Source: Vicugna vicugna (taxonomy: Eukaryota). Taken from it: a stretch of 64,000 bases of DNA. The DNA is taken from the NCBI GenBank assembly GCA_013265495.1, contig MU058781.1:7203324-7267323 (forward strand). The letters are read 5' to 3'. Within the stretch, counting starts at the first letter, position 1. The number at the start of each line of letters is the position of its first letter. This document shows, in pieces, positions 1 through 12,367 of the stretch. The position numbers were made by a program, and so were the translations under genes. The notes beneath the pieces were generated by a model, which was not told the DNA's origin, did no database searches, and saw only the letters and a list, made by a program, of their open reading frames with translations.

Positions 1-59
1 GTTTTCAGAGATGGGGGTATGCACCCTTCCCCCGAGAGCACATCAACCTTGCTGTTTTA

Positions 60-600
60 TGGAGGGCCCAGGTTGTTCTGTCCTGTACACTCACAGCCCC
101 GGCGCCCAGCCCCTTGCAGTCCCCCGGAGTTTCCTCCGTGCAGCCGCCCCCGTCCTCCGCCCAGATTATGCAGCCTGGCCCTGCCCGCTGCTGCCGGCCC
201 GTGTCTCAGGTTGGGTGTCGGGGGGACGCTCTGTGCCCGTTTAACTTAGTTCTGTCAGACAAGGGCTGCTCTGTACAGATCCGAGCCTCAGAGGCTCCCC
301 CTCCGTCCCGCTGGCCTCTCAGTTGGAGAGGGGAGACCCAGCGAGCAAGCGCCAGTCCTCCTTTGCCGCTCCCTCCCCGCGGGACCCGTCCCGCGCTGCT
401 TTGCCTTTTGTTCTTTCTTTTTTCCTTTTCTCCTACCAGATTTTTGGCGTCTTTATCTTTTGAAGAGGGCGATGATCTGTTGGAGTTCCGCAGGTGCTCT
501 GGTTGGCTGAGTGGGTCTGTAGATGTGGGTCTTGGTGTATTTGTGGGAGAGGGTGACTTACAAGCGTCCTTCTACTCCGCCATCTTGCCCGGAAAGGTGT
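60..600. promoter_or_regulatory. GC/CpG-rich segment, probable downstream edge of a promoter CpG island
   Basis: Dense CpGs (e.g. cccggcgccc ~98-107, gccggcccgtg ~193-203, ccgcgggacccgtcccgcgc ~377-396), whereas the rest of the window is AT-rich and CpG-depleted. No TSS is visible. Confidence 0.6.
440..493 (+). other. Candidate 5' exon (strong acceptor, weak donor)
   Basis: ~40-nt polypyrimidine tract ending ...ttttctcctaccAG (AG 438-439). The nearest donor is CAG|gtgctc at 493/494, a poor match, so the 3' end is uncertain. Confidence 0.3.
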
Positions 601-1249
601 TCTTTTTTGTTTTGAAGTTTCAACCATAACTTCATTGCCATGTTTGTATTAGTTATACCACTTACAGCTCCCGTTTTTTTTTGGCAGTTCTGTAAAAACC
701 AACTTTCTCTATCCAAACCTGGAAATTGTAAAGAACTCTTTTGCTGGGGGTTGCTGACACTACTGAAGCAGTTTGGGGCTTTCCTGAAAATTAGGTTTAT
801 GCCTCTCATTTGTGATTTAAGAATAAATAGGAAAGTCTTTTCTCTTTGTGGTTGTTTTGAGATGGTAGGTGATACTAGAGCCAAAAGATGGTGGTAGGAG
901 AATTAAAGCAAAGCAGCTACTGAGTGGTAGGGATGACAGAGCGAGGTCACTGAGGCATGTCTTCTAGTTCTGCCAGTTTTGTAAATCTACCCTCCTCTGG
1001 CCCCCATGTGTTAGCATCCTTGTATGTCTCTGTCATTAAGTTTGTCAAAACTTGGCTTAGGAGAAATGAAGAAACCTGCTTCAGAACCTGACCTACTCAC
1101 TAGCTCTAAGGGGCAAGTGACTGGTTACTCTTAAATTGCCTCCCCGTTTAGACAGCAGCCTTCTGTCTGAGAGTGTCCGAGAGTGTCCAAGAGTGATGGA
1201 ATCACTCTGTGAACAGCTGATTACCCACCATGGTAATCATGGGCAGCCA

Positions 1250-1585
1250 ACATTATCTGAGCACCGACTAAGTGTTAGGTGCTGTGCCAAACACACTGCA
1301 TACTTCCTCTGTTAGTGCCACAACACCCTTCTGCATTTGATATGACTATCATTCCTGTCTTACAGGTGGGGCATCTGAGGCTTAGGCTCAAGTGACTCAA
1401 CCCGAGTCAGGTAACTCAAGTTACAGACGGGCTCATGCAGCCAGTATATCTGGAGCTGGGATTTTTTTTTTCTCAAATATTAAACCTTTATTTATTTATT
1501 TTTTAAATTGACATACAGCCAGTTACAATGTGTCAGTCTGAGCTGGGATTTTGACTCCACAGGCCATGCTCTTAACCAGTTTATT
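1250..1585 (-). mobile_element. MIR SINE, interrupted by a tiny L1 insert
   Basis: Reverse-strand MIR motifs (tgagcacc...gtgctgtgcc, attcctgtcttacaggtggggcatctgaggc, ccatgctcttaacc). Confidence 0.65.
1453..1552 (-). mobile_element. Extremely 5'-truncated young L1 3' end with 13-bp TSD
   Basis: Perfect direct repeat GAGCTGGGATTTT at 1453-1465 and 1540-1552. The insert read on the - strand is gacacattgtaactggctgtatgtcaatttaaaaaataaataaataaa..., matching the 3' terminus of the L1 at 51540-51590. Confidence 0.8.
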
Positions 1586-3624
1586 ATCAACAGTATTCCA
1601 GCATTTTTCTGAGGACAACATTTGATGAGGGTTATTTGATGACATAGTCAGTGAGATACCATAATTGATAAATGGGATGGAGAGGGTTCAATATTCCTTT
1701 TGTTTGTCTTATAAATGACATACACTATTTCCTTGGCCTCTGCTTCCTCTTCTATTTGATTACGTTTATGTCTTGAAGCCAACGGGTTCCCCTTGAAAGT
1801 GTGGTAAGAAATCTGAGAGGAAGCAGCCTTGGAGAAGAAAGGGAACCATTACAGGCTGCTGGTGAGTGTGGAAGTAAAAACACAAAGGTGGCCCTCAAGT
1901 CTAATTGGGAGTGATATACTCCAGGGGAAACTTTGATACTAAGCATCAAGAATTCAACGCTCCTCATCATTTTACATATTGGGCATATAATTTGTGTGGG
2001 GATTACAACCTGCATCTTCTTAGGTACCTCTGGTTTCTGACACAGCTGCAGCCTTTGAATCACAGAGTGTTTTTTCCCCTGCTGCTTAAATCTCCATTGC
2101 AGCCAGTTTGTAGACGGGAGGAGTTTCTACTTTATCTGCTCCAACCACACTCCCACTTTCTGCCTGTGTATCAGGAAGAAGCTCTGACTCTTGCTCCAGG
2201 CGAGTTTGCTGATGTGTGTGCACGATGGTGTGTGTGCATCTGGCTAATTCCTGAAGATGCCGGAAACAATGGTGAAAAGTGTCGGAGGGTGAGGACCCTT
2301 ATTGTGTAACAAACCGAAGGCACCAAGGAGGCTGCATTTGTTGTGAGTTAAAAGGTTTATACAAAGATTTTCTTAGTAATGTCTAAGGTTTTAATAGGGT
2401 AATTAATCTTTCTAAGTGTTAGTGCCAGATTATGGGATCAGCTATTATCCCTGGCTGCAGAGTAATCCTTTGTGTGTTGCTATGAGCAGGACTAAGTGAA
2501 GAGAATACTCAGGTTGCCAAACAAAGATATGGCTGCAGCTAGCTAGTTTAGGTTTTAAATGCATTTTCTGGTACAGTTAAAGAACCCGTGTTTCCGTGGG
2601 ACTATCACTGCCCTTTAATAGCCATTGAGTTGAGGGGAAAGGCAGAGAAATAAACATACATGCTTTGTGCTTTTTATTCCTTAACAACCAATTATTATTA
2701 TTTTTAAAATAATGACAGGCATATTCATTGGAGACCTTATTTTAAGCCGGAAAATACAGTTTAACAGAAAGAAGGACTTGCAGGAATAGGACAAAAGGTT
2801 TTCATCTAATTCCAAAAGTTCTGCTTCTTTCTCTTTCCTTAATTGAAGTTAGTGAAAATGGCCAGAAAATCCAGCAAGCCAACAAAAATCGAAGAGGAAA
2901 CACAGTGGCTAATGAGACTTGGCTATAGCTTTTAATCAAGATTGATTATTTAATATAGCCTATCAAGTTATTGACTACAAATAGATGAAATATATATATA
3001 CGTGAAATAAAAAAGTTCAGAACATGCTATACTGTTCATTAAACCGTGAAGGCATAATGAGGGTGTTGGCAATTCAACCAGTGGCCTCTGTTCTGGCTTT
3101 GCTTAAACTTCTCCCTGGCTTTGACCAGGATCTGCTCTGGCTGTCTAAATGAAGGGCTTATTCAGAACTGTATCTCTTGGTTTGGCAATTGGTTGTAGTT
3201 ACAGCTTATTTTCCCCAAACCGCTCCAACTGTTTTGTTAACATGAACTCTTACAATTCTCAGATGCTAGTATCGCTGCTCTGGTAGAAATGGTTCTCTTT
3301 TGGACTGTAACTCCTTCCCTGTCCACGAGGCCACATCTTCTGTGCCGGCTCCACTGTTGTGGTTGGCTGCTTACCATAGGAAGGGTCACTAGGTTTGGTC
3401 TTTCTTGAACAATGTCTGTATTTTGATGATAAATTCTACTTATGAGTGAGATCTACTGGAGGATGTTGGTGGGCCGTGGAGAGATGTTCTTGTTTGTCTT
3501 TCACATAGAAATGGTATGAGGGTGACGACTTAGACAAATATTTTCCTGTGTTGGGCAGAGCAGTGTGTTTTATGGAGAGTTTTAAGGAGTGAAGACGCAC
3601 TTGGGTTGGGTGTTCTGGTGATCT

Positions 3625-3632
3625 TGACGTCA
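3625..3632. promoter_or_regulatory. Perfect CRE palindrome (TGACGTCA)
   Basis: Exact 8-bp CREB/ATF consensus with its CpG intact. Motif match only. Confidence 0.3.
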
Positions 3633-4976
3633 CATCAGTGCTTTAGTTATATCCAAAACAGTTATATAGTTATCTCTCTCTCTCTCTCTCTATCAAGAAG
3701 CCAAACTTCCAGTACCTGAGCTGATAGGAGGGAGGCCTGCAGAGAAAGGAGGAGAGGGAGGAGTGCTCACGAGAGTAAGATGATGATCAGGGTGTATGTG
3801 AATATCAATTAGCCAGCATGCCACAAAAAATGGTTCATGCAGCAGCTTGGGCTGGGGTGCATGCCACTGCAGTGTAGCCCCCATGTGTTATTTAGGTGAT
3901 TGGTGCCTGCTAGTAACATTCACAGATGACTGCTACTGCTGCTACTGTTGGGAGAAATATTACCCAAGGACAGGCATGATATTATTCAGTGAAGGTCAAA
4001 CAAGAAATTGTGTTTCCTAGCCACAGGGCTTTAAAATGCCCTTTTTATTGTCACATCACACAGAACACTGGTCACGGTGGAGGGGGCATGAATCAGGATG
4101 GTACAAGTGAGGGAGCTGCAGCATCAAGCAGTTACTCCTGTTAATAAGAAAAGGCAGCAGTCAACATTTTGCATACTTTGTTACATTTTGCACAGCATAT
4201 TGATGGGAGAAAAACCTCCTGGAAATCAGTTTATAAAGACTCATGATTTAAAATGAGTGTTTAGTCTTTGTAGATGAAAAGCTTGAGCTTTTGGGACAAC
4301 TCTTAGGGACAAGCATACTGGAGCTATTCCAGAGCAAGATAGGGACAAGCAGAAGAGGATCAGCGGATTCTGAAAAAATTCAGATTGGAGAAGAGAAGAG
4401 ATTATTTGCTGGATGAGGAGGAATTGGATATTGAAGTAGGAAACACTATGTAGTCCCTATTACTGGTTTACATAACTGTGTGCTTGTGAGTCTTACTTCA
4501 GTGTGTGGATTTGCATATATCCTCTTGTTGTTTTACTAAAACTGTTAGTGTTGTTGAAAAGCTGGTCCAGGTGGACTCTTTTTGACTATTCCAGGCAAGA
4601 TTCTGGGTCCCTCATTGTCCCAAAGAAGTAGAAGCTCCAACAGAAAGCTGCCATGAAAAGTTTAACTTCTGAGTGGGTGTACTTAATTCCTTCACAAGTG
4701 CGTAGTCACTTTGGTAAAGCAAATCCTTATCTATACTGCATTTGAAATAATGCCAAGGACACGCTGTCAATGTGGGTGGCTAAGAATTCTTTTATGGGCT
4801 TTTTAAAATTATTATTATTGCATAGGTGAAGAAAATGGGAGTAGGATAAAGAGGGTGTGAATGGAGAGAGAGTGGGCTTCACTCCCCTTCATGGAGAGCT
4901 GGATAAAGTAAGACTTCATTCTGCTACAATCATTTTTCTTCTTGCTAATGATAAGGTCAAGTATCTATATGTTGGA

Positions 4977-5400
4977 ATTCAAAGAATTTTTTTAAATTGA
5001 AGTGTAGTTGATTTACAATGTTGTATTAGCTTCTGGTGTACAGCACAGTGATTAAGTTACACATATTATATTCTTTTTCATATTTTTTTCATTATAGGTT
5101 ATTATATGATATTGAATGTAGTTCCCTAGGATCTTCTTGTTTATCTATTTTATATATAGTTTGTATCTGTTAATCCCAAACTCCTAATTTATTCCCCATC
5201 TTTTCCTTTTGGTAACCAAAGTTTGTTTTCTGTCTGTTCATTTGTTCATAAATAAGCTCATTTTTCTCTTTTTTTAAGATTCCACATATAAGTGATATCA
5301 TGATATTTGTATTTCTCTATCTGACTTACTTCACTTAGTATGGTAATCTCGTGGTCTCTCAGTGTTGCTGCAAATGGCATTATTTCATTCAAAGAATTTT
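4977..5400 (-). mobile_element. Young L1 3' end (~400 bp) with TSD
   Basis: Direct repeat ATTCAAAGAATTTT at 4977-4990 and 5387-5400. The body (ttgaagtgtagttgatttacaatg...gctgcaaatggcattatttc) is the reverse complement of the L1 3' UTR/ORF2 end at 51140-51590. Confidence 0.9.
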
Positions 5401-6362
5401 GTTTTTCACTTCTTCAGTGGGTTAATGGCAACTCCAATACAAGTTACCAAGAATAATGAAAGTAAACAGAGAATCAATCCAATGGTTATACTCTCAGATT
5501 AGTTATCATAATTTCTCATGTTTCAAAAAATTTCCAGTTACAGAATCACTTTATTGCTGTCAATATATTTGTCAACTTAGTTTATGATAGTTCTGGAAAT
5601 TTCTCCATGTCAAACAGAGGTAAATAATCATGCTGTTTTACATGGAGGTTTTTTTTGTTTACACTTAAGGTTTTAAATTTATTTTAAAAGATAATCCATA
5701 GTCATAGTAAAAAATCAGAATACACAGCAGTAAAAAAGCATGCTGTCTAAAAATCAGTGTATACAAAAAATATAGTAAAAATTAAGTTAGAGTGATTTAA
5801 AAAATTTTTTAGCTTTTCTGAGCATGGTTTTTGTGCTGTTCTTTTGCGTTAAAAAATAAACAGAAGCTTCGTCTTTTGTTCTGTTTCTGTTTTTCAGCTT
5901 AAGGCTAATGGTCAAATTGGTCTACTTCTTAATAGCCTTAGAAACTTGCTAATCTTGGAAAGCAGTCCATCAGGTGACGTGTTGGCAGAGCTACAGGTAC
6001 AATTTTAAAAAACTCTTCTGTCTCTTTCTTAGGACTATCCATTTTTGCCTTCACTCATTGCTTTGGTTTCTAGTGGACACCGCTGAGCTTTGCACACTGG
6101 GTTAGATATGTATATTTATGGGTTAATGGAGTGGCTCTGGTACCATTTACAGCTCTCAGTTGGAGACAATCACCTGAAGGACTGGTATAACTATAATGAT
6201 ATAACACTAAATAGGAACTTTAATTCCTATTTTGCATGATGTTAAGTATATATTTCTTTGGAGCAGCCTTCAGCTTGTAATTCTTTCTTCCCCTCCCTTT
6301 CCCTCTTCCTCCTCTCTCTTCATTCCTCCCTTTCCTTCATTCTCTCCTGTGTCCTCTCTTCC

Positions 6363-6408
6363 TTTTTTTTTTTTTTTTTTTTTTTTTTATTATTTTTTTT
6401 TTTTTTTT
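6363..6408. repeat. Long poly(T) tract preceded by pyrimidine-rich low-complexity DNA
   Basis: ~46 nt of T with two A interruptions; CT-rich stretch at 6282-6362. Confidence 0.9.
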
Positions 6409-6654
6409 ACGATAAGAGGTCTGATTATTGGAAGAAGAAACATAATTTTAATGCCAAGTAAGCTAATATCATTAAACACACACAATTAGCCAAGGTGCTG
6501 AGGAGGAATAATTTATAAATTATGAAATTACCAGGGAGTAATTTTGTGAAGAGAAATAGCAGTTTTATTATGCTATCTGCATATGTCAACATATACTCAC
6601 ATACATAGACATGTGACTATTTTTATTCCCAAATGCCTACTAATATTGCAGGAG

Positions 6655-6800
6655 AGGCTTTGGAGATCATTCTGTTTATCCACCGTACTTTATAGAAGAG
6701 GAAACTAAAGCCCTAAGAAGTTAGACTGCCTGTCCAGGGTCACCAAGACACATTTGTCAGAGCTGTATTCACAACCCATTCTTTGGATTTCTAAGCTTCA
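6655..6800 (-). mobile_element. MIR fragment
   Basis: tttatagaagaggaaactaaagccc...gcctgtccagggtcac...cagagctg is the reverse MIR core. Confidence 0.55.
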
Positions 6801-6834
6801 CAGGGTTATGCATTTATATTGCATGTGTTTTTCC

Positions 6835-7560
6835 CAACCTTGTTTTGAAAAAAAAAATAGAAAAATTAAAAGAATGGTAAATACTATGATCACCAATATG
6901 CTCTTCATCAGTTGTTAACACTTTTGCCACGTTGGTTTTTCTCCCTGTCTTTGTCTCTGTCTGTTTGTCTCTCTCTCTCTCTCTGTGTATATGTAAGATG
7001 TGCATATGCATATATTTATTTTTTACACTTTTTCCTTCTTTAAAACCGTTTGAAAGGAAGTTGCAAACATCACTCTTAAATGGCTCATGATGTGTTTTCT
7101 AAGGACAAAGGCATTCTTCTACATAAACACAATAACTTGCACCAATTTAATGCTGGTACACTAATATTATCGTGTCATATTCAGCCTATATTCACATTTC
7201 TCAACTCTCCTTGTGATGCCATTCAGTTTTTCTATTTCAACCTAGTAATCCAAGTAAGGATCACACTTGGCATTTAGTTGCATGTCTATTTAGTTTCTTT
7301 TAATCTGGAACGATTCTCCCATCAGGTTTTTTTAGGGTCTTTCATAACACTGACAGTTTCACGGAGTCAAGTTCAATTTTTTGGTTGAATTTGTATTTAT
7401 GTGGTTGTTTATCCATGATTAGCTTCAAGATAAGCATTTTTCAGGCCAGAACTCTCCATTGGTGATGGTATGTACTTCCTGTTGCATCACATCCTCATGA
7501 GGCCTGTATTGTCAGATTGCCCTATTATTGTTGAGGCTAACACTTACATTCCTGTTAATA
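6835..7560 (-). mobile_element. Old L1 3' UTR (L1MC4/5-like)
   Basis: Motifs aaccgtttgaaaggaagttgcaaacatc, ctaaggacaaaggcattcttctacataa and aaggatcacacttggcatttagttg, recalled from L1MC 3' ends. Confidence 0.55.
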
Positions 7561-9397
7561 AATCTGTATGGACATTTAAAGATATTTAAAGGTCATGAAA
7601 AACGCTGTAAGAAGAAAATCATCTCTGTTTGAGAATCCTATATAATTGTGATAGAAAAAGTCATGCAGTCAAAATAGGCTCAGAAGTCAATTGTGAATCA
7701 CTCAGAGCAGTATGAAGATATGCTGAGATTAGAGGCACTGATTTAACAACGTTCTCTGAATTAGAGGCAGCTTTAACTCCTAATAACTATACTGAAACTG
7801 TTATTTCAGCTGCTTAACTCTGGCATCAGCAACATCCTTAATTAGAGGTCAGTGCATTCTACAGTTTGAAGCAGAGTGGAGCCTGGGGGCCAGGTTCTGT
7901 AGGAGAAGGATCATGAAGGACTGGGCAGCCTTGGAGAAGAGAAGGCACTAGAAATACTGACACTGGCTCAGACGGTTAACCAGTTTAAAATCCACCTTTT
8001 GTTCCTCTTATTAAAAAACAAGTCAACAGTCACTTATTTAATTATTGGGAGATAAAATGAAATGAATGTTTCTTTCACATCTGAATGATGAACTTTAGTT
8101 ATTTCTCCTAAGCTTAGTGTGGAACCTTTAAGGACTAGAAGGGAATTTCCCTGATATCCCTGGACTGATGGACTTCCTCTCCTGAGCACTTTCACCTTAC
8201 CTTCTCTGTGCTTCGCTCCTTGCTTTGTTTTCCTTACCCCACTGCCCATCAGTCATTTTGTCTCTGGCCTGCTGGTCAGATCAGTGTGAATCTAGTCTTT
8301 TCTGTCCTTGAACCTCATTTTACTTCCTTGGTTTTTCGCCTGTCAGATGACTCTTAGGGAAGCACCTCTGTGTTAACTTGTGCGTCTCTTCTCGCCTACA
8401 TGTGCCTTTTATACTCCTTACCCTATGTCTTCATGCAGGATCTGGAAAATTACCTGTATTTCTAAACGTCTGCTCTCTGGGATTTAGTTTTCTGACTGTC
8501 AATGTAGTTTTATTAATAAATATCATATGTTGGACCACAGTACAATCTTAGTTTCTTTCTTCTATATGGGCATCACTTTTTTTTTCTTCATCTCATACTA
8601 TATATTTCTACAATTGGAGGTGTTGAACATCTCATGGCATTTCATTACAGGAGGAATGCTCAAAGATATCTCTAATACATTGTAAGGCTCAAGCCAAAGT
8701 GGCTTTGCTGATTCCTGCTGAGTGCAGAATGATATTAGTTCTGAGAGTATGGTTTCATAAAAGAAATTCAAGGTGTCAAGTGCGTATCGACATTTCCCAC
8801 ATTCACGTGAATTCTGTGTTCAGGACTCACAGGAGTGCCTTTCAGAAGTTAAGAAGGCTGCTTTACATCTGGCAAACTATCTTCTATCTCTCATCCTTAA
8901 CAAAATTTATCAGTCTTGCATGCTCATGTGCTCTGAGCTAAGTATGATTTAATCATTAATTCATGACTGTGATCCTTTTGAGGAGCAGTTACGATGCCTT
9001 TAAGTATGGCTAGAAAGAAGCTATGGCAGAACATGATTAGTAAGATAATGTTTTTTGGAGGTGGTGATGTTGGGAAAAAGGAGCACTTTTCTCAGATTTT
9101 ATAGATTATGCCATAATTTGACTGACTCACAGTCTTTCTGCTTCTCATGTTACTCTGAAATTATGATTACTTTCATCATTTCTCTGGACTGTTTAACTGT
9201 TTAACCAGCCATTATAAGAGATATGCCCTGATCCTGTTAGTTTTCAAAAAAACAGAACCCCTCAACCCAGTTTTTAAAATAAAACCTATTATTATTTCAC
9301 TTGTAAAAATCATTCACCCTCTTTATAAGAAATTTAGAATCTAATATGTCACAACCATATTAGTTTTGGTGTATTGTCTTAGGCTTCTCTTTCAACG

Positions 9398-9607
9398 AAG
9401 AGTTTTGCTACAATAGGTAAAGATTATATTGTATAGCACAGGGAAATAGATACAAGGTCTTTGGGAGCTCACAGTGGGAAAAAATGTGACAAGGAATATA
9501 TGTATGTTCATGTATAACTGAAAAATTGTGCTCTACACTGGAATTTGACACAACATTGTAAAATGACTATAACTCAATAAAAAATGTTTTAAAAAAAGAG
9601 TTTCACT
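9398..9607 (+). mobile_element. Young L1 3' end (~190 bp; a different subfamily from the 50-51 kb copy) with TSD
   Basis: gtatagcacagggaaa...gacacaacattgtaaaatgactataactcAATAAAaaatg followed by an A tail. TSD AAGAGTTTTGCT (9398-9409) / AAGAGTTTCACT (9596-9607). Confidence 0.85.
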
Positions 9608-9639
9608 GATTTGTATTACATGCTTGTGATGATATAAAC

Positions 9640-10280
9640 TATGCACATTTTCTTTTTCAAACCCAAAATTGTAACTTAAGGATTTCTCTTGTGTCAATTT
9701 CATAGTAATAATTATTTTAATGGTTGCATAGTATCCTATTATAACAATGAGCCATAATTTATTTCATATTCCTTATTGTTGCTTATATAGTGTCTATTCT
9801 TAACCATGAATAAATATGCAATAAAAATCTTTGTGACTAAAGATTTTCCTGCATTCAAAAATATTTCCCTGGAATGTTGTGAATATTGATACATAGTTTT
9901 GCAAAAGAATAGTAGTAGCTTATATTTCTGTTATCAATATATATGATTACACAGTATATGTATATGTAAAAATATGTGCTAACTTCACTGTCAATGTTGT
10001 GTGTTATATTAAAAAAAATACTTTGCTAATTTCATGGACTAATCTTAAAAGTCTTTAACGTGTTGTTGGAATACTATGAATGTACAACCTTTCCCATGTT
10101 TTGTGATTCAGATATATTTCCTCTTTCGTGAATTGTCTATTCATGTCCTTTTCCATTTGCCTTTTGGAGCTTTCATGGTTTTAATATCAGATCTTATGTA
10201 CTTTTTAATAGAACAAAGATGAAAGTCACTTGGCTCTTTTTCCTGTTATAGTACTTTCTCCTGGTTATTTGCCTCTTACT
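9640..10280 (-). mobile_element. Ancient L1 (L1ME-like) fragment
   Basis: ttttaatggttgcatagtatcctatt and gtgaattgtctattcatgtccttttccattt are typical reverse-strand L1M ORF2/3' motifs. Confidence 0.5.
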
Positions 10281-11190
10281 TAACCTAGTTTTATCTGTCT
10301 TCTCTATCAAGGAGAAAAACACTTAAACTGTAAAGTATGAAACTAATGTGAGGAGAAGGGAACTGAAACTCAAGAAGGTGAGAAGCTCTTTCCTTCTTCA
10401 GATGAGTGAAACTTAATTCTTTGATGAGGTGCTATTCAAGGAAGGATTTGGAGATTGCAGTCATAGAAACAGTAATTGCTAATCTTTGAGGAACATGATA
10501 TTTCCAAAAAAAAAAAAAGCAAAACTCTAGGATCTAAGCTCACTGTGCTAGTATTGTGATGGCACTCTGGCAGAATTCTTGATGAATGTTTATGAGGACT
10601 CTTCACGAAAGAAAACACTGACCAGTTAAAACCAGAATGAGTCCACAAACAGTTTTGCCGAAGTAACTATTTTACACAGGTTAATAGATTCGGTGAGGGA
10701 AAGAATTCTGTGAACGTAGGCTATTTCACTTCCACAAGGCATGCGCTGGAAACGTTTATGTTCTTGGAGGCAAGATGGAGAAGTATGGGCTGGGCAATAG
10801 TCCTGTTGGGTGGATTAACAACTGATTAAAGAACTCACACAATAGGATGCTGATTGATGGGAGCCTTGAGTTGTGCTCACAGGGCTCCAATATAAGCTAT
10901 GGTTTAATTAATGTTTTTCTAATTACTAGGTCAAGATCAAAGCCTTCTTATCAAATGTGTGTAGGCCCCAAACTGGGAACCTTAATGAATAAGCTAGATG
11001 AAGGAATATTTAAAAAAATAACTCAATTGATGGAAATCACGGTAGTAGGCATACATGTAATGTATGAAGAGCTTAGTTTAAAACAATAAATTGAACAATT
11101 TTAAGATGGGGAGTCTTTATGCAAGTAAAAGGTTTGAGTGTCTTTATTGTCTGAGAGCTTCACATAAGGAAAGAGTATGATGTCCTTTCT

Positions 11191-11565
11191 TGTATCAGCC
11201 AGAGTTCTGTAGAGAAAACAGAACCAATAGGATACACACACGCACACACACACACACACACACGCGCACACACACTAATTGGGGGATGGCTGGCAAGTCT
11301 GATATCAAGCAGGCTAGAAATTCTGACAGGAATCAGTGTTGCAGTTTTGAGTCTGAAGGCAGTCTGGAGTCAGAATACTTTTCTATTATGAGGACCACAG
11401 TCTTTCTTTAGGGCTTTCAACTGATTGGACGACACTCACCCACATCATGAAGGGTGATCTGATTTACTCAAAGTCTACCCTTCACAGCAATGTCTAGACT
11501 GGTGTTTAACCAGACAACTGGGTACCATAGCTTAGCCAAACTGACATGGGAAATTAACCATCACA
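11191..11565 (-). mobile_element. MLT2-type (ERVL) solo LTR containing a (CA)n microsatellite
   Basis: TG...CA termini (tgtatcagccagagttctgtagagaaaacagaaccaatagg ... aaattaaccatcaca); (CA)n at ~11234-11275. Confidence 0.8.
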
Positions 11566-11804
11566 ATATTACTCACGGAATATTGAGGTGAGGTGTTAGG
11601 GTTATCATATTCAGGTCAGTTAACGGTGAACATCTCATAATTTGGTTTTAGTTCTGGGTAAGAGTTTACGAAGCTCATTCTGTTTGGAACAAGTCAAGCA
11701 GTGAGCTTACTGAGTTGGTAAAAAGTTAGGAAGACATGCCATTTAAAGAATAGATGCAGGAACTGTGATGTCTTTAGAAAGAATAAAACTCAGAAAAGCT
11801 CTAC

Positions 11805-12367
11805 TACCCAGAACCCTTTTGGTTGGCAATTACTCATATTGACTTAAGCGAAAGTGAAATGGATTGACTTATATAACTGCAAAGGCCAGGAGTAGGCCTG
11901 GCGTAAGGTCCAACTGATACCCAGATTTCAAACCCTGTCATCTGATCTCTTTTCTGTATCTTTGGTTCTGATTTATTTGGCTTCATTCTCAGGCAAAAAT
12001 CTCCCCATAAGGTGGTGCCTGAAACTTTGAATTTTCATCATTTTAAAACTAACAACCCATAGCAAAAAGAGAACGTCTCTTTCTCAAAGGTTCTATTAAA
12101 AAAAATAGGTGGAATTAGGTCTCATTGACTTAGCTTTTGTCAAATTTCAGTTAGAAACTGGCCACTAGGGCAGAAAATTTGTATATATTTATTGCCAGGC
12201 CTGGGTCACACACACATTCCAGCAGTGTGTACCTCCAGTCCACAACCAAACAACCACATGGATTAAGAGTGAGGGAGGTGGCACAAAAGGAAAACTAGAT
12301 GCTGTTACCAGAAGAAGGGTAAAAAGAAGTATGGGTGCTGGCTAGCAAAAATGATATTCTTCACTAT
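11805..12367 (-). mobile_element. Old MaLR LTR (MLT1J/K-like)
   Basis: Motifs ttggcttcattctcaggc, tctcattgacttagctt and gatgctgttaccagaagaaggg...gctggctagcaaaa. Confidence 0.55.

Noticed and set aside
11..897. Overlapping 64-171 aa ORFs at the window start
   Set aside because: Expected in GC-rich, stop-poor DNA; low-complexity Pro/Ser/Leu-rich translations with no recognisable domain, several starting at non-ATG codons.
1169..1195. 10-bp tandem duplication (gagagtgtcc x ~2.5)
   Set aside because: Ordinary slippage duplication.
5898..5973. Possible 76-nt exon (ttttcAG ... CAG|gtgacg) and a similar 31-nt candidate near 13976
   Set aside because: Weak donors, lengths not multiples of 3, stop-containing or AT-rich; typical intronic pseudo-exons.
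7723..7856. Three spaced copies of attagagg(c)a, superficially repeat-spacer-like
   Set aside because: Units are short, degenerate and irregularly spaced; eukaryotic context, not a CRISPR array.
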